DNA of 63,543 bases, the filler included. It is 8 parts of 8 records of this genome, joined end to end, with 100 filler letters (N's around TTAATTAATTAA, not from the genome) between each part and the next. Parts side by side here need not be neighbours in the genome. Positions count along the whole stretch, not along the records: positions 1 to 12,885 come from SRR20825010_3488; positions 12,986 to 22,433 come from SRR20825010_3494; 6 more parts are not named here. One strand, given 5' to 3'. The first letter of the stretch is position 1. Every line of letters starts with the position of its first letter. Below are positions 8,097 through 18,055 of the stretch, one piece after another. A program made the translations under genes and the position numbers. The notes beneath the pieces are model-generated. The model ran no database searches, was not told the DNA's origin, and worked only from the letters and a program-made list of their open reading frames with translations.

Positions 8097-10022
8097 ATGT
8101 TCAACTTCACCCGCCTTGCCACCGCCACCTTGCTTGCACTCACCGTGTCAGGCTGCGCCATCGTCAGCGTGGGCTCGGTCAGTTCGGAAGACTACCTGTC
8201 GGCCCGCCGTGGTGATGTACTCACCACCGGCAAGTTAAGCGCCTCGGCGCGCACCGCGCTGCAAGTGGTGGGTACTGATGAGGAACGTTGCGACACCAAC
8301 ATTTCAGCTTGCAGAAAAGTGCTGATCGCATCCATCGGTTTAAGCGATGAGCAGCGCCTGTCAACCATTTCCGAACTGTGGCTTCAAGAAGCCTTGAAAA
8401 ATGAAGAAGCCCAGAAGCTGGAACCCGCCAACGATACCCTGAAAGCCGCCACCCTTTCGGCCTACCTGGAAAGTGCAAAACACGCCTACGCCTACCTGTT
8501 TTTCACCAACCGCACACCCGACCTGCGTGCGCTGGAAGACCGGCAAGCCCAAGTGCGCGACTACTACAATTTTTCTACGCAACAAGCCGTGGTGGGTTTG
8601 TTCAACCGCTACCGTGACCAGCTAGAAAAATCGGTGTCCGAAGAAAAAACCTACCTGCTCGATTTCGCCCCTTGGCAGGTTAGGGGCAGCACCGCAGGCC
8701 TGAGCCTGAGCCACAAGGGGCAGCTTCCCAATGAACTGGTGGCGGCCTCTTCGCTTACATTCGATGGTTTACGCAACCAGTACCGCCGCGACGGCTTGGG
8801 TGCAGAATTGGTCGCGGTGTTCGCCCGTACGGTAGTCAAGCGCGAAGATGAAAACAAACCGTGGAGCGAAACGCCTTTCCCTTCGGTCACTGTGATGCTG
8901 CGCTTTCCCGGCGACAACATTGAAACCGTGCTGTCGGGTAACCGCGTGGAATTGCAGGGCTTCGACCCACACCGCAATGCAAGTGTCGACGTGCGCGGCA
9001 TTCGTGTACCGCTTGCAGCGAACTTCACATCAGGACACGGGCTTTGGCTTGCACGGTCAGGCTTCGCACAGGAAAGTTTGTTGTCGCTGATTGGCCGCAG
9101 TGAAACGCTGGAAAAGCCCCGCATTTATTTGATGCAACCCTTCGACCCCAACCGCCGCGTTATTTTGATGCTGCATGGTTTGGCCAGCAGCCCCGAAGCC
9201 TGGGTGAACGTGGCCAACGAGGTACTGGGCGATGAAGAGCTTCGCCAGAACTACCAAATTTGGCAGGTGTACTACCCCACGAATTTACCGCTGCCGTTCA
9301 ACAACCGTGAAATTCGCGAGGCGGTGAATGCAACACTGAAAAACTTCGACCCCCAAGGCAACCGCAGGGCATCCAAAGACATGGTCTTGATTGGCCACAG
9401 CATGGGTGGCGTATTGGCCCGTTTGATGGTGTCGAATTCAGGTGACCAGTTGTGGGAATCGGTGCTGGAGCGTTACAACATTTCGCAACAACGCGAAAAA
9501 AAGCTGCGCCAGAAAATTGAACCTTACGTGATATTTTCTGCCATGCCGCAACCCACACGCGCCATTTTCATTGCAGCGCCGCACCGCGGCACACCCTATG
9601 CAGAGAACCGCTTCGCACGTTTCGTGTCCGGCATCATTCGCTTGCCCGCCACCGTACTAAGCCGCGCCACTGAAATAGGCCAGCTTTTGGTGAACCCGGA
9701 CGAAGCATCCAACGAACCCTTGGTGGAATCAATCAACAGCATCAAAAACCTGAGCGACCAAGACCCCTTTGTGCGGGAATCATCGAAGCTGCCAATTGCC
9801 GAGAAAGTGATTTATCACTCCATTATGGGCAACGACACACCGGGCGTTATTCTGGAAGCAAGCAGTGACGGCGTGGTGCCCTACGCCAGCGCGAAGCTGG
9901 AAGGTGCAGCCTCAGAGCTGGTGGTGAATTCATGGCACAGCGTGCAGGAAAAGCCCGAGGCCATTGTTGAAATTCGCCGCATTCTGCATGAACACCTGGA
10001 TTCGCTGAACATGGCTTACTAA
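8097..10022 (+). CDS. lipoprotein alpha/beta hydrolase (lipase/esterase-like)
   Basis: Lipobox LTVSGC after ATG 8097; HGLASS oxyanion motif, GHSMGG nucleophile elbow, SDGVVP, WHSVQ. Confidence 0.8.
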   Translation: MFNFTRLATATLLALTVSGCAIVSVGSVSSEDYLSARRGDVLTTGKLSASARTALQVVGTDEERCDTNISACRKVLIASIGLSDEQRLSTISELWLQEALKNEEAQKLEPANDTLKAATLSAYLESAKHAYAYLFFTNRTPDLRALEDRQAQVRDYYNFSTQQAVVGLFNRYRDQLEKSVSEEKTYLLDFAPWQVRGSTAGLSLSHKGQLPNELVAASSLTFDGLRNQYRRDGLGAELVAVFARTVVKREDENKPWSETPFPSVTVMLRFPGDNIETVLSGNRVELQGFDPHRNASVDVRGIRVPLAANFTSGHGLWLARSGFAQESLLSLIGRSETLEKPRIYLMQPFDPNRRVILMLHGLASSPEAWVNVANEVLGDEELRQNYQIWQVYYPTNLPLPFNNREIREAVNATLKNFDPQGNRRASKDMVLIGHSMGGVLARLMVSNSGDQLWESVLERYNISQQREKKLRQKIEPYVIFSAMPQPTRAIFIAAPHRGTPYAENRFARFVSGIIRLPATVLSRATEIGQLLVNPDEASNEPLVESINSIKNLSDQDPFVRESSKLPIAEKVIYHSIMGNDTPGVILEASSDGVVPYASAKLEGAASELVVNSWHSVQEKPEAIVEIRRILHEHLDSLNMAY

Positions 10023-10996
10023 ACCGCTTTTACCGGCAACCAACGGCCATCTTGCAGCACTACCTCGTAACGGGCCCAACGCTTGAAAGCCTCGACATTG
10101 CTTAAACCGGTTTCGTACAAATCAGCGCCCGCCACGTTCTTGAAAATCACCTGTTGGCCCGCCTCGCCCTTGTAAGGCGTGGTCAAGGACATATCAAGCA
10201 ACTCCCGTACACACCAGCGGTAACCCACTTGCCCATTGCTGTAAAACGAGCCCACCGTCAACTTTTGCGGGTGGGTGCTTTGCTCATCGGCGTGTTTGGT
10301 TGCGTATTCAAACAGCTCGGCCAACACATCGGCGCTTACGTCCACATACGAATCCATGCGGGCAATGGCGGCAGCGAAATCTTCGTGCGTCAGGCTGGCC
10401 CCGGTTTCTGACAAAGCCTCCACTGGTTTTTTCTGTTTGCGTGCAAAGTGGTTGGGGTAACGCCGCCAGGAAAACAGCGCATTGAAACTGATGGCCACCA
10501 ACAAAATGGCCAGCGTGTTCAACAACACCGGGTAAATCATGTACCAGTAACCCAGGCTGGAAATGGATTCACCGCCCAGCACTGCAGTTAACGCAGTGGC
10601 GCCGCCTGGCGGGTGAATGCAGTTCGCCCAGTACATCACACCCACCGACAACCCCACCGCCAACGATGCCGCCAGGAATGGATCGGGCACATGGCGCGCG
10701 CAGGTAACTCCAATCAGCGCCGACACAAAATGCCCGCCCATCAAGGCCCAGGGTTGCGACAAGGTGCCGTGCGGCACCGCGAACAACAACACCGCCGTGG
10801 CCCCCATGGACGCCACCACCAAAATTGCATCGGTGCCCTGCACCACAAAGCTGGACACCCAGCACACCATCAAAATGCCAAAGAAAGCGCCCAGCCCGGA
10901 AATCGCCTTCTCGCGGGGGCTGGTGGAATTGGACTCGAAGCCCAGAATGGACCGCGACACCGACAAGGCGCGCAGGGCACGGATAGACAGTTTCAT
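10019..10996 (-). CDS. HPP-family membrane protein with C-terminal soluble extension
   Basis: SMGATAVLLFAVPH..LSQPW and CIHPPGGATAL motifs. Confidence 0.85.
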   Translation of the reverse strand: MKLSIRALRALSVSRSILGFESNSTSPREKAISGLGAFFGILMVCWVSSFVVQGTDAILVVASMGATAVLLFAVPHGTLSQPWALMGGHFVSALIGVTCARHVPDPFLAASLAVGLSVGVMYWANCIHPPGGATALTAVLGGESISSLGYWYMIYPVLLNTLAILLVAISFNALFSWRRYPNHFARKQKKPVEALSETGASLTHEDFAAAIARMDSYVDVSADVLAELFEYATKHADEQSTHPQKLTVGSFYSNGQVGYRWCVRELLDMSLTTPYKGEAGQQVIFKNVAGADLYETGLSNVEAFKRWARYEVVLQDGRWLPVKAV

Positions 10997-11037
10997 GCCA
11001 AAGATAATACGCGCGCAGATCCACCATTGGCACCAAG

Positions 11038-12141
11038 TTGGTGCAAAACTGTGACTTCAAAACAGCGAAGGGGGTCGGTTTCAGGACGTATACTGCCAGC
11101 TTGCCAACACCTGCCATTTGCCCCGTGCGCAATTCAACCATCGACCTGCTGAAAGTGTTTGCATCACAAATTATCGTGATTCACCACCTGCTGCTGTACA
11201 CCCCCATGTCGCCTGTTTTGCAGGCCGAGTGGCCTGCGCTGCTGGGTTTGATTGCTGATGAAGGCCGCTACATGGTGCAAATTTTTCTGGTAATTGGCGG
11301 CTTTTTGGCAGCGCAATCCCTGTTGGGTTTGCTGGGAAAGGCACGAGATGTGGCGGTTTGGCCCCTGTTCAAAAAACGCTATTTGCGCCTGGCCAAACCA
11401 TTCTGGATAGCGATTGCCGTTGCCGTGCTACTGGGCTGGCTGGGCAGCAAAATTGCAATGCACAGTGAAATTTCTGATTTGCCCACTTTGGCGCAACTGC
11501 TTGCCCACGTGTTTTTGCTGCACGACATTGTGGGCGTGGAAGCCTTGTCGGCCGGGGTTTGGTACGTGGCCATTGACCTGCAACTTTATGCGGTACTGGT
11601 GTTGATTGCTTGGGCAAGCCAGAAAACCGGGCAGTTGAAGTTTCTTGAACCTGCCCATGCCCTGTTGCTACTGGCAAGCGCCATGGCACTTGCATCGCTG
11701 TGGATGTGGAACAGGAATGCCGAACACGATGAATGGGCCTGGTACTTTTTCGGAGCGTACGGCCTGGGTGTTGTGGCCCTTTGGGCGCAGCGGGAAAGCA
11801 AAGTTGTATTGAGCAGCTTGCTGATAGCCTGCGTTCTGGGCATTGCCATGTGGATTGAGTGGCGCGAACGCCTGTTGCTAACCGGTGTTACCGCACTGCT
11901 GTTGATGAACAGTGCGCGGATTGAGCGCTTTGTCACTTTGATTGTTCAAGGCCCAGTGCGCTGGCTGGGCGACATTTCGTACTCGGTGTTTTTGATTCAC
12001 TACGGTGTTTTGGTGTTTGCAAGCTCGGTGGTGATCGCCTTGGGCTTGACCAGTGTTGCTGAAATGTTGCTTGCATTTGTAGCCACTTGGGTTGTTAGCG
12101 TGGCCGCGGGGTGGGTGTTGCATCGGGTGGTTGATCGATAA
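11038..12141 (+). CDS. acyltransferase 3 family membrane O-acyltransferase (true start probably somewhat downstream)
   Basis: IDLLK...IVIHH, VQIFLVIGGFL, KRYLRL, WYVAIDLQLY, GDISYSVFLIHY motifs. Confidence 0.85.
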   Translation: MVQNCDFKTAKGVGFRTYTASLPTPAICPVRNSTIDLLKVFASQIIVIHHLLLYTPMSPVLQAEWPALLGLIADEGRYMVQIFLVIGGFLAAQSLLGLLGKARDVAVWPLFKKRYLRLAKPFWIAIAVAVLLGWLGSKIAMHSEISDLPTLAQLLAHVFLLHDIVGVEALSAGVWYVAIDLQLYAVLVLIAWASQKTGQLKFLEPAHALLLLASAMALASLWMWNRNAEHDEWAWYFFGAYGLGVVALWAQRESKVVLSSLLIACVLGIAMWIEWRERLLLTGVTALLLMNSARIERFVTLIVQGPVRWLGDISYSVFLIHYGVLVFASSVVIALGLTSVAEMLLAFVATWVVSVAAGWVLHRVVDR

Positions 12142-12316
12142 AAACATCGCTAGTGTTTATTTTATATTTAAAATTACACGGAAAAATAAAATAAATATAT
12201 TCATATTAATCAACATATTGAAATAAAACACTACCCAGAAATTGACAAAATTATCGACAACAAGATCGCTCGTTTTGTGATAAATTAATGGAAATTATTT
12301 TAACTAAGGTTCCAAG

Positions 12317-12885
12317 GTGTCTACGCGCAGCCCATTCCCATCGGGAATTCAGTCCATGGAACCCATGTCACTTTCCTTTCGCCAGGGCGTGACCGAGAAA
12401 CTGTACGGTCTTGTTTCCGACCTGCTTGCTGCATCTGGCGAAGCCTACCCGCAACTTCCCGCCTCCATTCAACAACGCATGGCCACACTGGTTCAGGGCA
12501 TGAACTGCTACTACAGCAACCTGATTGAAGGCCATCGAACCCTGCCAATCGACATTGAAAAAGCATTACAGGCAGCACAAAACAAAACAAAACCAGAATC
12601 GGGCTACTCGCAAGAAGAACTACGCACACTGGCCAAAGCCCACATAAGCACCACCGAATGGGCCAAAACCGCAAACCTGCAACAAATGGGCATCAACAAC
12701 TTTATTCTGGAAGCACACCACATTTTTTGCACCGGCCTTCCCGAAGACATGTTGACTATTGAAGGCACCAGCAAAGTCATGATCCCAGGCCAATACCGCG
12801 ACATAGAGGTGGGGGTCGGAGAGCACATTCCACCCGCCGCACAGCAAGTACCACGCTTTATGGAACGGTTTGAACAGGTGTACTC
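12317..12885 (+). CDS. Fic-family protein (3' truncated)
   Basis: MNCYYSNLIEG inhibitory-type motif; PGQYR...V.VGEHIPP region that precedes the Fic core. Confidence 0.75.
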
Positions 12886-12985
12886 NNNNNNNNNNNNNNN
12901 NNNNNNNNNNNNNNNNNNNNNNNNNNNNNTTAATTAATTAANNNNNNNNNNNNNNNNNNNNNNNNNNNNNNNNNNNNNNNNNNNN
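12886..12985. other. artificial contig spacer
   Basis: 44 N + TTAATTAATTAA + 44 N. Confidence 0.98.
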
Positions 12986-13046
12986 GCACGACCGTGAGGT
13001 CGAGAGATTTTAAGTCTCTTGTGTCTACCTATTCCACCATCCGGGC
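12986..13046 (-). tRNA. tRNA-Leu(TAA), 3' end truncated by contig break
   Basis: Reverse complement GCCCGGATGGTGGAATAGGTAGACACAAGAGACTTAAAATCTCTCGACCTCACGGTCGTGC: D-loop, AGAGA/TCTCT anticodon stem with TAA, long variable arm; closely resembles leuZ. Confidence 0.93.
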
Positions 13047-13135
13047 ATTCGGAGGGGGTTGTGAGGAGCTTTTGAGGGGCAGGATTGTATAAGGCCGCGC
13101 CCGGTAACGCAATTGGGATTGCGGTGGAGGTGCTT

Positions 13136-13768
13136 TTAGCTAGGTTGCTGAGGCTTCCGCGCCCTGCCCTTGTAGATATAACCAGCGAATTTCGGGGCCT
13201 TGGGCACATATAGGTTTTCCAGTTCGGTGATCTCAAACCCCGCTTCCCGGATCAGTTCCGCAATCGGTCGGTTAAGGTGGCAGCCTCCGGCGATTTTCTT
13301 CCAGCCTGGGGTGATGCGGTGTTGCCATTTGCACACGCCCTCGTCCGGCGATTCTCCGTGTTCCAGGAATAGCAATTCGCCGTCGGGCTTGAGTACCCGC
13401 TTCATTTGATCCAGCGCGGCTCGCCAATCGGGGATGGTGCATAGGGTGAACGTAAGCAGTACCGTGTCGACGCTGTTGTCTGGTAGCGGAATTTGCTCGC
13501 CTGGTAGGTCTAGCCACTCCACGGCAACGCTGGATCTGGCCAGGTTGTCCTGTGCCTTTCGCCGCATGCCTTCGGACGGTTCCAGGCCGTAGACGAGGCT
13601 AACGGTATCCGGGTTGTAGAACTCCAGATTAATGCCCGAGCCCATACCCACTTCCAGCACAGTGCCGTTTGCCTTCGGCACCACTTGGCTGCGCAGCTTC
13701 ATTACCTGCCCTACTGAGCAGGAGTAATCGATCAGGTGTGGCAGTATTCGCTCGTCGTAGAAACCCAT
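13136..13768 (-). CDS. class I SAM-dependent methyltransferase
   Basis: VLEVGMGSG motif I, DTVLLTFTLCTI, RVLKPDGELLFLEHG. Confidence 0.9.
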   Translation of the reverse strand: MGFYDERILPHLIDYSCSVGQVMKLRSQVVPKANGTVLEVGMGSGINLEFYNPDTVSLVYGLEPSEGMRRKAQDNLARSSVAVEWLDLPGEQIPLPDNSVDTVLLTFTLCTIPDWRAALDQMKRVLKPDGELLFLEHGESPDEGVCKWQHRITPGWKKIAGGCHLNRPIAELIREAGFEITELENLYVPKAPKFAGYIYKGRARKPQQPS

Positions 13769-13949
13769 GGAGCCTTCCTATACTTGTTTTAAATCAAGGG
13801 GTGCGACATTCTGTCCCTTGGTTTTCCCTGTGCTACGGGTAGCATGGCTACTATCTGCCGGTAAAACAACACTACAACCCAGCCAAGGCAGCGGCCAAGC
13901 GGGCGCCAAGCTCGTTTATTCTGTTCACTGTAGTGTCCGGAGGTTCCGC

Positions 13950-15380
13950 ATGGAACTTGATCCCGTCCTTCTGTCGCGAATCCAGTTTGCGTTCGTGGTG
14001 TCCTTCCACGCTATCTTTCCGGTGTTTACCATCGGGCTTGCGTCCTACATTGCAGTGCTCGAGGGCCTGGCATTTAAAACCAACAACCCTTCCTGGGCAA
14101 AACTCTCTGCCTTTTGGACCAAGGTGTTCGCGGTGGTGTTTGGCATGGGCGTGGTGTCGGGCATTGTGATGTCCTTCCAGTTCGGCACCAACTGGAGCAA
14201 CTTTGCCCAGGCGTCCGCCAACTTCCTGGGGCCGATGCTGAGTTATGAAGTGGTCACCGCCTTCTTCCTCGAGGCAGCCTTCCTGGGCGTGCTGCTGTTC
14301 GGGCGCGACAAGGTGCCTGCCGGGGTTCACCTTTTTGCGGCAGTGATGGTGGCCACGGGCACCTTTATATCGTCGTTCTGGATCCTGTCAGCCAATAGCT
14401 GGATGCATACCCCCGCCGGTACGGAATTCAGGGATGGGGTGTTCTTTGTCACCTCCTGGAGCGAGGCGATATTCAATCCATCCTTTCCTTATCGCTTTTC
14501 CCACATGGTGGTGGCCTCGTTCCTGACTGGCTCGTTCGTGGTGGCGGGTGTCAGTGCCTGGTATCTGCTTCGCAAACGTGAGGTTGAGGCGAACCGACGC
14601 GCGTTGTCCATGAGCCTGTGGCTGATTCTGGTTCTTGCCCCCACCCAGGCGGTTATCGGGGATTTCCATGGCCTGAACACGCTGGAACACCAGCCCATGA
14701 AGGTCGCCGCCATGGAAGGCAACTGGGAAACCTCGCGTAATGTGCCGCTGCTGTTGTTCGCGATTCCCGATCAGGAAAACCAGACCAACCGGTACGAGGT
14801 AGCCATTCCCAGCCTGGCCAGCCTGATCCTCACCCATGAGTGGGACGGCGAAGTGCCCGGGCTGAACGAAGTCACGGTGGACGAGCAGCCGCCGGTCGCA
14901 ATCGTGTTCTGGTCATTCCGGGTGATGGTTGGCCTGGGCATGCTGATGATCCTCTTTGGCCTGGCCGGCCTGGTATTGCGGGCCGGTGGCCGATACTGGC
15001 AAACCCCCTGGTTCCTGCAAGGGTTGCGCTTTATGAGCCTGACACCCTTTGTGGCGGTACTGGCCGGCTGGTTTGTTACGGAAATTGGCCGCGCGCCCTG
15101 GCTGGTGTATGGGCTGATGAACCAGAGCGAGTCGGTTACGCCGTCATTAACCGGCGGTATGGCGCTGTTCTCACTGATTGGCTACATCGTGGTCTATGCT
15201 TTGGTGTTCAGTTCCGGTGTCTATTACCTGATGCGGGTGCTGTACGTGGGCATGGAAGACGAAGACGCAGAGGAAGGCCATGAAGCCGAACGGCCGAAAC
15301 GTCCCTTCTCGGCCACCCATGTGCCGTTTGAGATTGATGATAACGGTCGTCAAAAGCCACTGAACCAGGGAGGCCACTGA
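13950..15380 (+). CDS. cydA: cytochrome bd (CIO-type) quinol oxidase subunit I
   Basis: SRIQFAF..SFHAIFP, FQFGTNW, HQPMKVAAMEG, GWFVTEIGRAPW; GGAGG RBS before ATG 13950. Confidence 0.95.
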   Translation: MELDPVLLSRIQFAFVVSFHAIFPVFTIGLASYIAVLEGLAFKTNNPSWAKLSAFWTKVFAVVFGMGVVSGIVMSFQFGTNWSNFAQASANFLGPMLSYEVVTAFFLEAAFLGVLLFGRDKVPAGVHLFAAVMVATGTFISSFWILSANSWMHTPAGTEFRDGVFFVTSWSEAIFNPSFPYRFSHMVVASFLTGSFVVAGVSAWYLLRKREVEANRRALSMSLWLILVLAPTQAVIGDFHGLNTLEHQPMKVAAMEGNWETSRNVPLLLFAIPDQENQTNRYEVAIPSLASLILTHEWDGEVPGLNEVTVDEQPPVAIVFWSFRVMVGLGMLMILFGLAGLVLRAGGRYWQTPWFLQGLRFMSLTPFVAVLAGWFVTEIGRAPWLVYGLMNQSESVTPSLTGGMALFSLIGYIVVYALVFSSGVYYLMRVLYVGMEDEDAEEGHEAERPKRPFSATHVPFEIDDNGRQKPLNQGGH

Positions 15381-15382
15381 TT

Positions 15383-16384
15383 ATGGAACTGTTCGATCTG
15401 GCCCTGATCTGGGCGTTTATTATCGGTTTCGGCATTATTATGTATGTGCTGATGGACGGGTTTGACCTGGGCATTGGCATTCTCTTTCCCTTCGCGCCGA
15501 AAGAAGAAGACCGGGACACCATGATGAACACGGTGGCACCGGTCTGGGATGGCAACGAAACCTGGCTGGTGCTTGGCGGGGCGGGCCTGTTGGCGGCGTT
15601 TCCACTGGTTTACTCCACCATTCTGCCGGCGCTGTACATTGGTGTATTCCTGCTGCTGGCCGGTCTGATCTTTCGCGGGGTGGCGTTTGAGTTCCGCTTC
15701 AAGGCCAGAACCTCGCGCTATCTCTGGAACTGGGCCTTCGCCGGTGGCTCCACGGTGGCTTCGTTTGCCCAGGGCGCCGTGGTGGGTGCCTATATCCAGG
15801 GCTTTGAGATTACCAACCGGGTCTATACCGGCGGTGCGCTGGATTGGCTGACCCCTTTCACGGTGCTGACCGGTTTCGGTCTGATGGCCGGCTATGCGTT
15901 GCTGGGCTCCACCTGGCTGATCATGAAAACCGAGGGCCGCCTGCAGGACTGGGCGTATCGGATCACCATTCCGCTGCTGCTGGGTGTGTTGGTCGTGTTC
16001 GCGATGATCAGCGTCTGGACGCCGTTTGTGGATGAAGCGGTGAAAAACCGCTGGTTCTCCAATCTGAGCATTATCTGGATATTGCCCGTGCTCGCCCTGC
16101 TCTGTGCCTTTCAGATCTTCCGGTCAGTTCGGAACCGGTTTGAAGGCATGCCGTTTGTCGCCACGGTGGGGCTGTTCATCTTTACCTACCTGGGCTTGAT
16201 CGTCAGCCGCTGGCCCTATGTGGTGCCGCCGGAATACACGCTCTGGGATGCCTCCTCCGCGTACGGCTCACAGTTGTTCCTGCTGCTGGGGCTGCTGTTC
16301 GTGATTCCCATTGTGCTGGTCTACACCGCCTGGACCTATTGGGTGTTCCGGGGCAAGGTACGGGCTGGCGAGGGATACCACTAG
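15383..16384 (+). CDS. cydB: cytochrome bd oxidase subunit II
   Basis: DGFDLGIG, PVWDGNETWL, RGVAFEFR. Confidence 0.95.
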   Translation: MELFDLALIWAFIIGFGIIMYVLMDGFDLGIGILFPFAPKEEDRDTMMNTVAPVWDGNETWLVLGGAGLLAAFPLVYSTILPALYIGVFLLLAGLIFRGVAFEFRFKARTSRYLWNWAFAGGSTVASFAQGAVVGAYIQGFEITNRVYTGGALDWLTPFTVLTGFGLMAGYALLGSTWLIMKTEGRLQDWAYRITIPLLLGVLVVFAMISVWTPFVDEAVKNRWFSNLSIIWILPVLALLCAFQIFRSVRNRFEGMPFVATVGLFIFTYLGLIVSRWPYVVPPEYTLWDASSAYGSQLFLLLGLLFVIPIVLVYTAWTYWVFRGKVRAGEGYH

Positions 16385-18055
16385 GTGGCTGAACAAGCCG
16401 AGTCAAAACGTTGGCTGGGGGCACTTGCCGCACACAGCCGGCGGCTGATCCTGGCCACGGTTTCGGCTGGCGTTGTGGTGGCCCTTGCCACCATCGCGCA
16501 AATGGCGTTCCTGGCGGGCATTGTTCACCAGGGTATTGTCGATGAGATACCGGTGGCCGAACTGTCGCTGCTGTTCACCGGTGCCATTATCGCGATATTG
16601 ATCCGCGGTGTGGCTCAGGGGTTACAGGCCCGCTACGCAGCCCGCTGCAGCCGTGAGGTGCGTAGCGAGGTTCGCCATCGTATCAACCGGTGCTGGCAGG
16701 CCAGCGGACCGGTTTCGATGAGCCAGACCTCCGCCGGCACCCTGGCGCGGGAATGGCTTGACCACACCGACGCTCTGCATGGGTATTTCGCCCGTTTCCT
16801 GCCCCAGATGATGCTCGCAGTGGTGGTGCCGCTGATGATCCTGGTGGTGGTATTTTCACTGGACTGGCTCGCGGGGATCTTCCTCCTGCTGTCCGCCCCA
16901 TTGATACCATTGTTCATGGCACTGGTCGGGATGGGCGCGGAAAAGCTCAACCAGCAGCATTTCCAGACCATCGGTCGTTTGTCCGGCCAGTTTCTGGATA
17001 AGGTTCGGGGATTGACCACCCTGCAGTTGTTCGGCCAGACCGCTCCAGCTGCAAAAACCCTGCACAAGCGATCCGACGAATACCGCCGCATCACCATGAA
17101 AACCCTGAAGATTGCGTTCCTGTCCTCAGCGGTATTGGAGTTCTTCTCCTCCGTGGCCATTGCCGTCGTGGCCATTTACATCGGCTTCGGGTTGCTGGGG
17201 TACATCACCTTTGGACCGTCCAGCGACCTGACATTGTTTTCCGGGTTGTTGATCCTGCTGCTTGCCCCGGAGTTCTTCCAGCCTCTGCGATTGTTGTCCC
17301 AGCATTATCATGATCGCGCTGCGGCGATGGGTGCCAGTTCTGAAATCGTCGATCGGTTGCAGGGAGTTGATAAACCACAACCGCAGGCAGAGCCCCGTCA
17401 CCAGCCGGAATCTCCCGATATTGTGGCCATTCGTGACGTCGCTCTTGCCTACGATGCCGCCAGGCCGGTGTTGGACGGCGTTTCTCTGGTGATCAACAAA
17501 GGCGATGTCATCGCCCTCACCGGGCCTTCCGGTGGCGGCAAAACCTCGCTCTTGCATCTGTTGGCCGGCTTCATGAGACCAGACCGGGGGCGTATTTCAG
17601 TGTTTGGAGAACGTGCCGGCGACGAAGCCTTTGGCTGGCTGGGTCAGTCCCCCTTCCTGGTGCATGGTACCTGGGCCGATAACCTGCGCCTGACCACGCC
17701 GGACGCGACCGACATCGCCATAGAAACCGCCTTGCATCACGTTGGCCTGGAAAGCCTGATCAAAGGCCGGGAACGGGGAATCTACAGCGCCATTACCGAA
17801 GACGGCCAGGGGCTCTCCGGCGGGCAGGCACGCCGCTTGAGCCTGGCGCGGGTATTTGTGGCCAGTTACGACCTGATACTGCTGGATGAGCCCACAGCGG
17901 GGCTGGACAGTGACAGCGAAATATACGTGCTGGAAGCGCTGCACAAGCTGGCGCTGGCCGGTAAGACTCTGGTTTTCGCCACTCACCACCAGGCACTGCT
18001 GACACTGGCCAACCGTACTTTGCTGGTGACGGAAGGAGGCGTTGCAGATGCGTGA
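16385..18055 (+). CDS. cydD: heme/thiol ABC exporter subunit CydD
   Basis: AFLSSAVLEFF, LAPEFFQPLR, Walker A GPSGGGKT, LSGGQ. Confidence 0.92.
   Translation: MAEQAESKRWLGALAAHSRRLILATVSAGVVVALATIAQMAFLAGIVHQGIVDEIPVAELSLLFTGAIIAILIRGVAQGLQARYAARCSREVRSEVRHRINRCWQASGPVSMSQTSAGTLAREWLDHTDALHGYFARFLPQMMLAVVVPLMILVVVFSLDWLAGIFLLLSAPLIPLFMALVGMGAEKLNQQHFQTIGRLSGQFLDKVRGLTTLQLFGQTAPAAKTLHKRSDEYRRITMKTLKIAFLSSAVLEFFSSVAIAVVAIYIGFGLLGYITFGPSSDLTLFSGLLILLLAPEFFQPLRLLSQHYHDRAAAMGASSEIVDRLQGVDKPQPQAEPRHQPESPDIVAIRDVALAYDAARPVLDGVSLVINKGDVIALTGPSGGGKTSLLHLLAGFMRPDRGRISVFGERAGDEAFGWLGQSPFLVHGTWADNLRLTTPDATDIAIETALHHVGLESLIKGRERGIYSAITEDGQGLSGGQARRLSLARVFVASYDLILLDEPTAGLDSDSEIYVLEALHKLALAGKTLVFATHHQALLTLANRTLLVTEGGVADA

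Noticed and set aside
12930..12941. Recurring TTAATTAATTAA palindrome
   Set aside because: Always centred in N runs and gives stops in all six frames: an artificial linker, not a repeat family or CRISPR
12317..13046. Fic gene beside tRNA-Leu as an island attachment site
   Set aside because: They are separated by an artificial spacer and probably come from different organisms
13767..13949. 61-aa N-terminal extension of CydA in the ORF track
   Set aside because: Homology and a GGAGG RBS point to ATG 13950; the extension covers the promoter region
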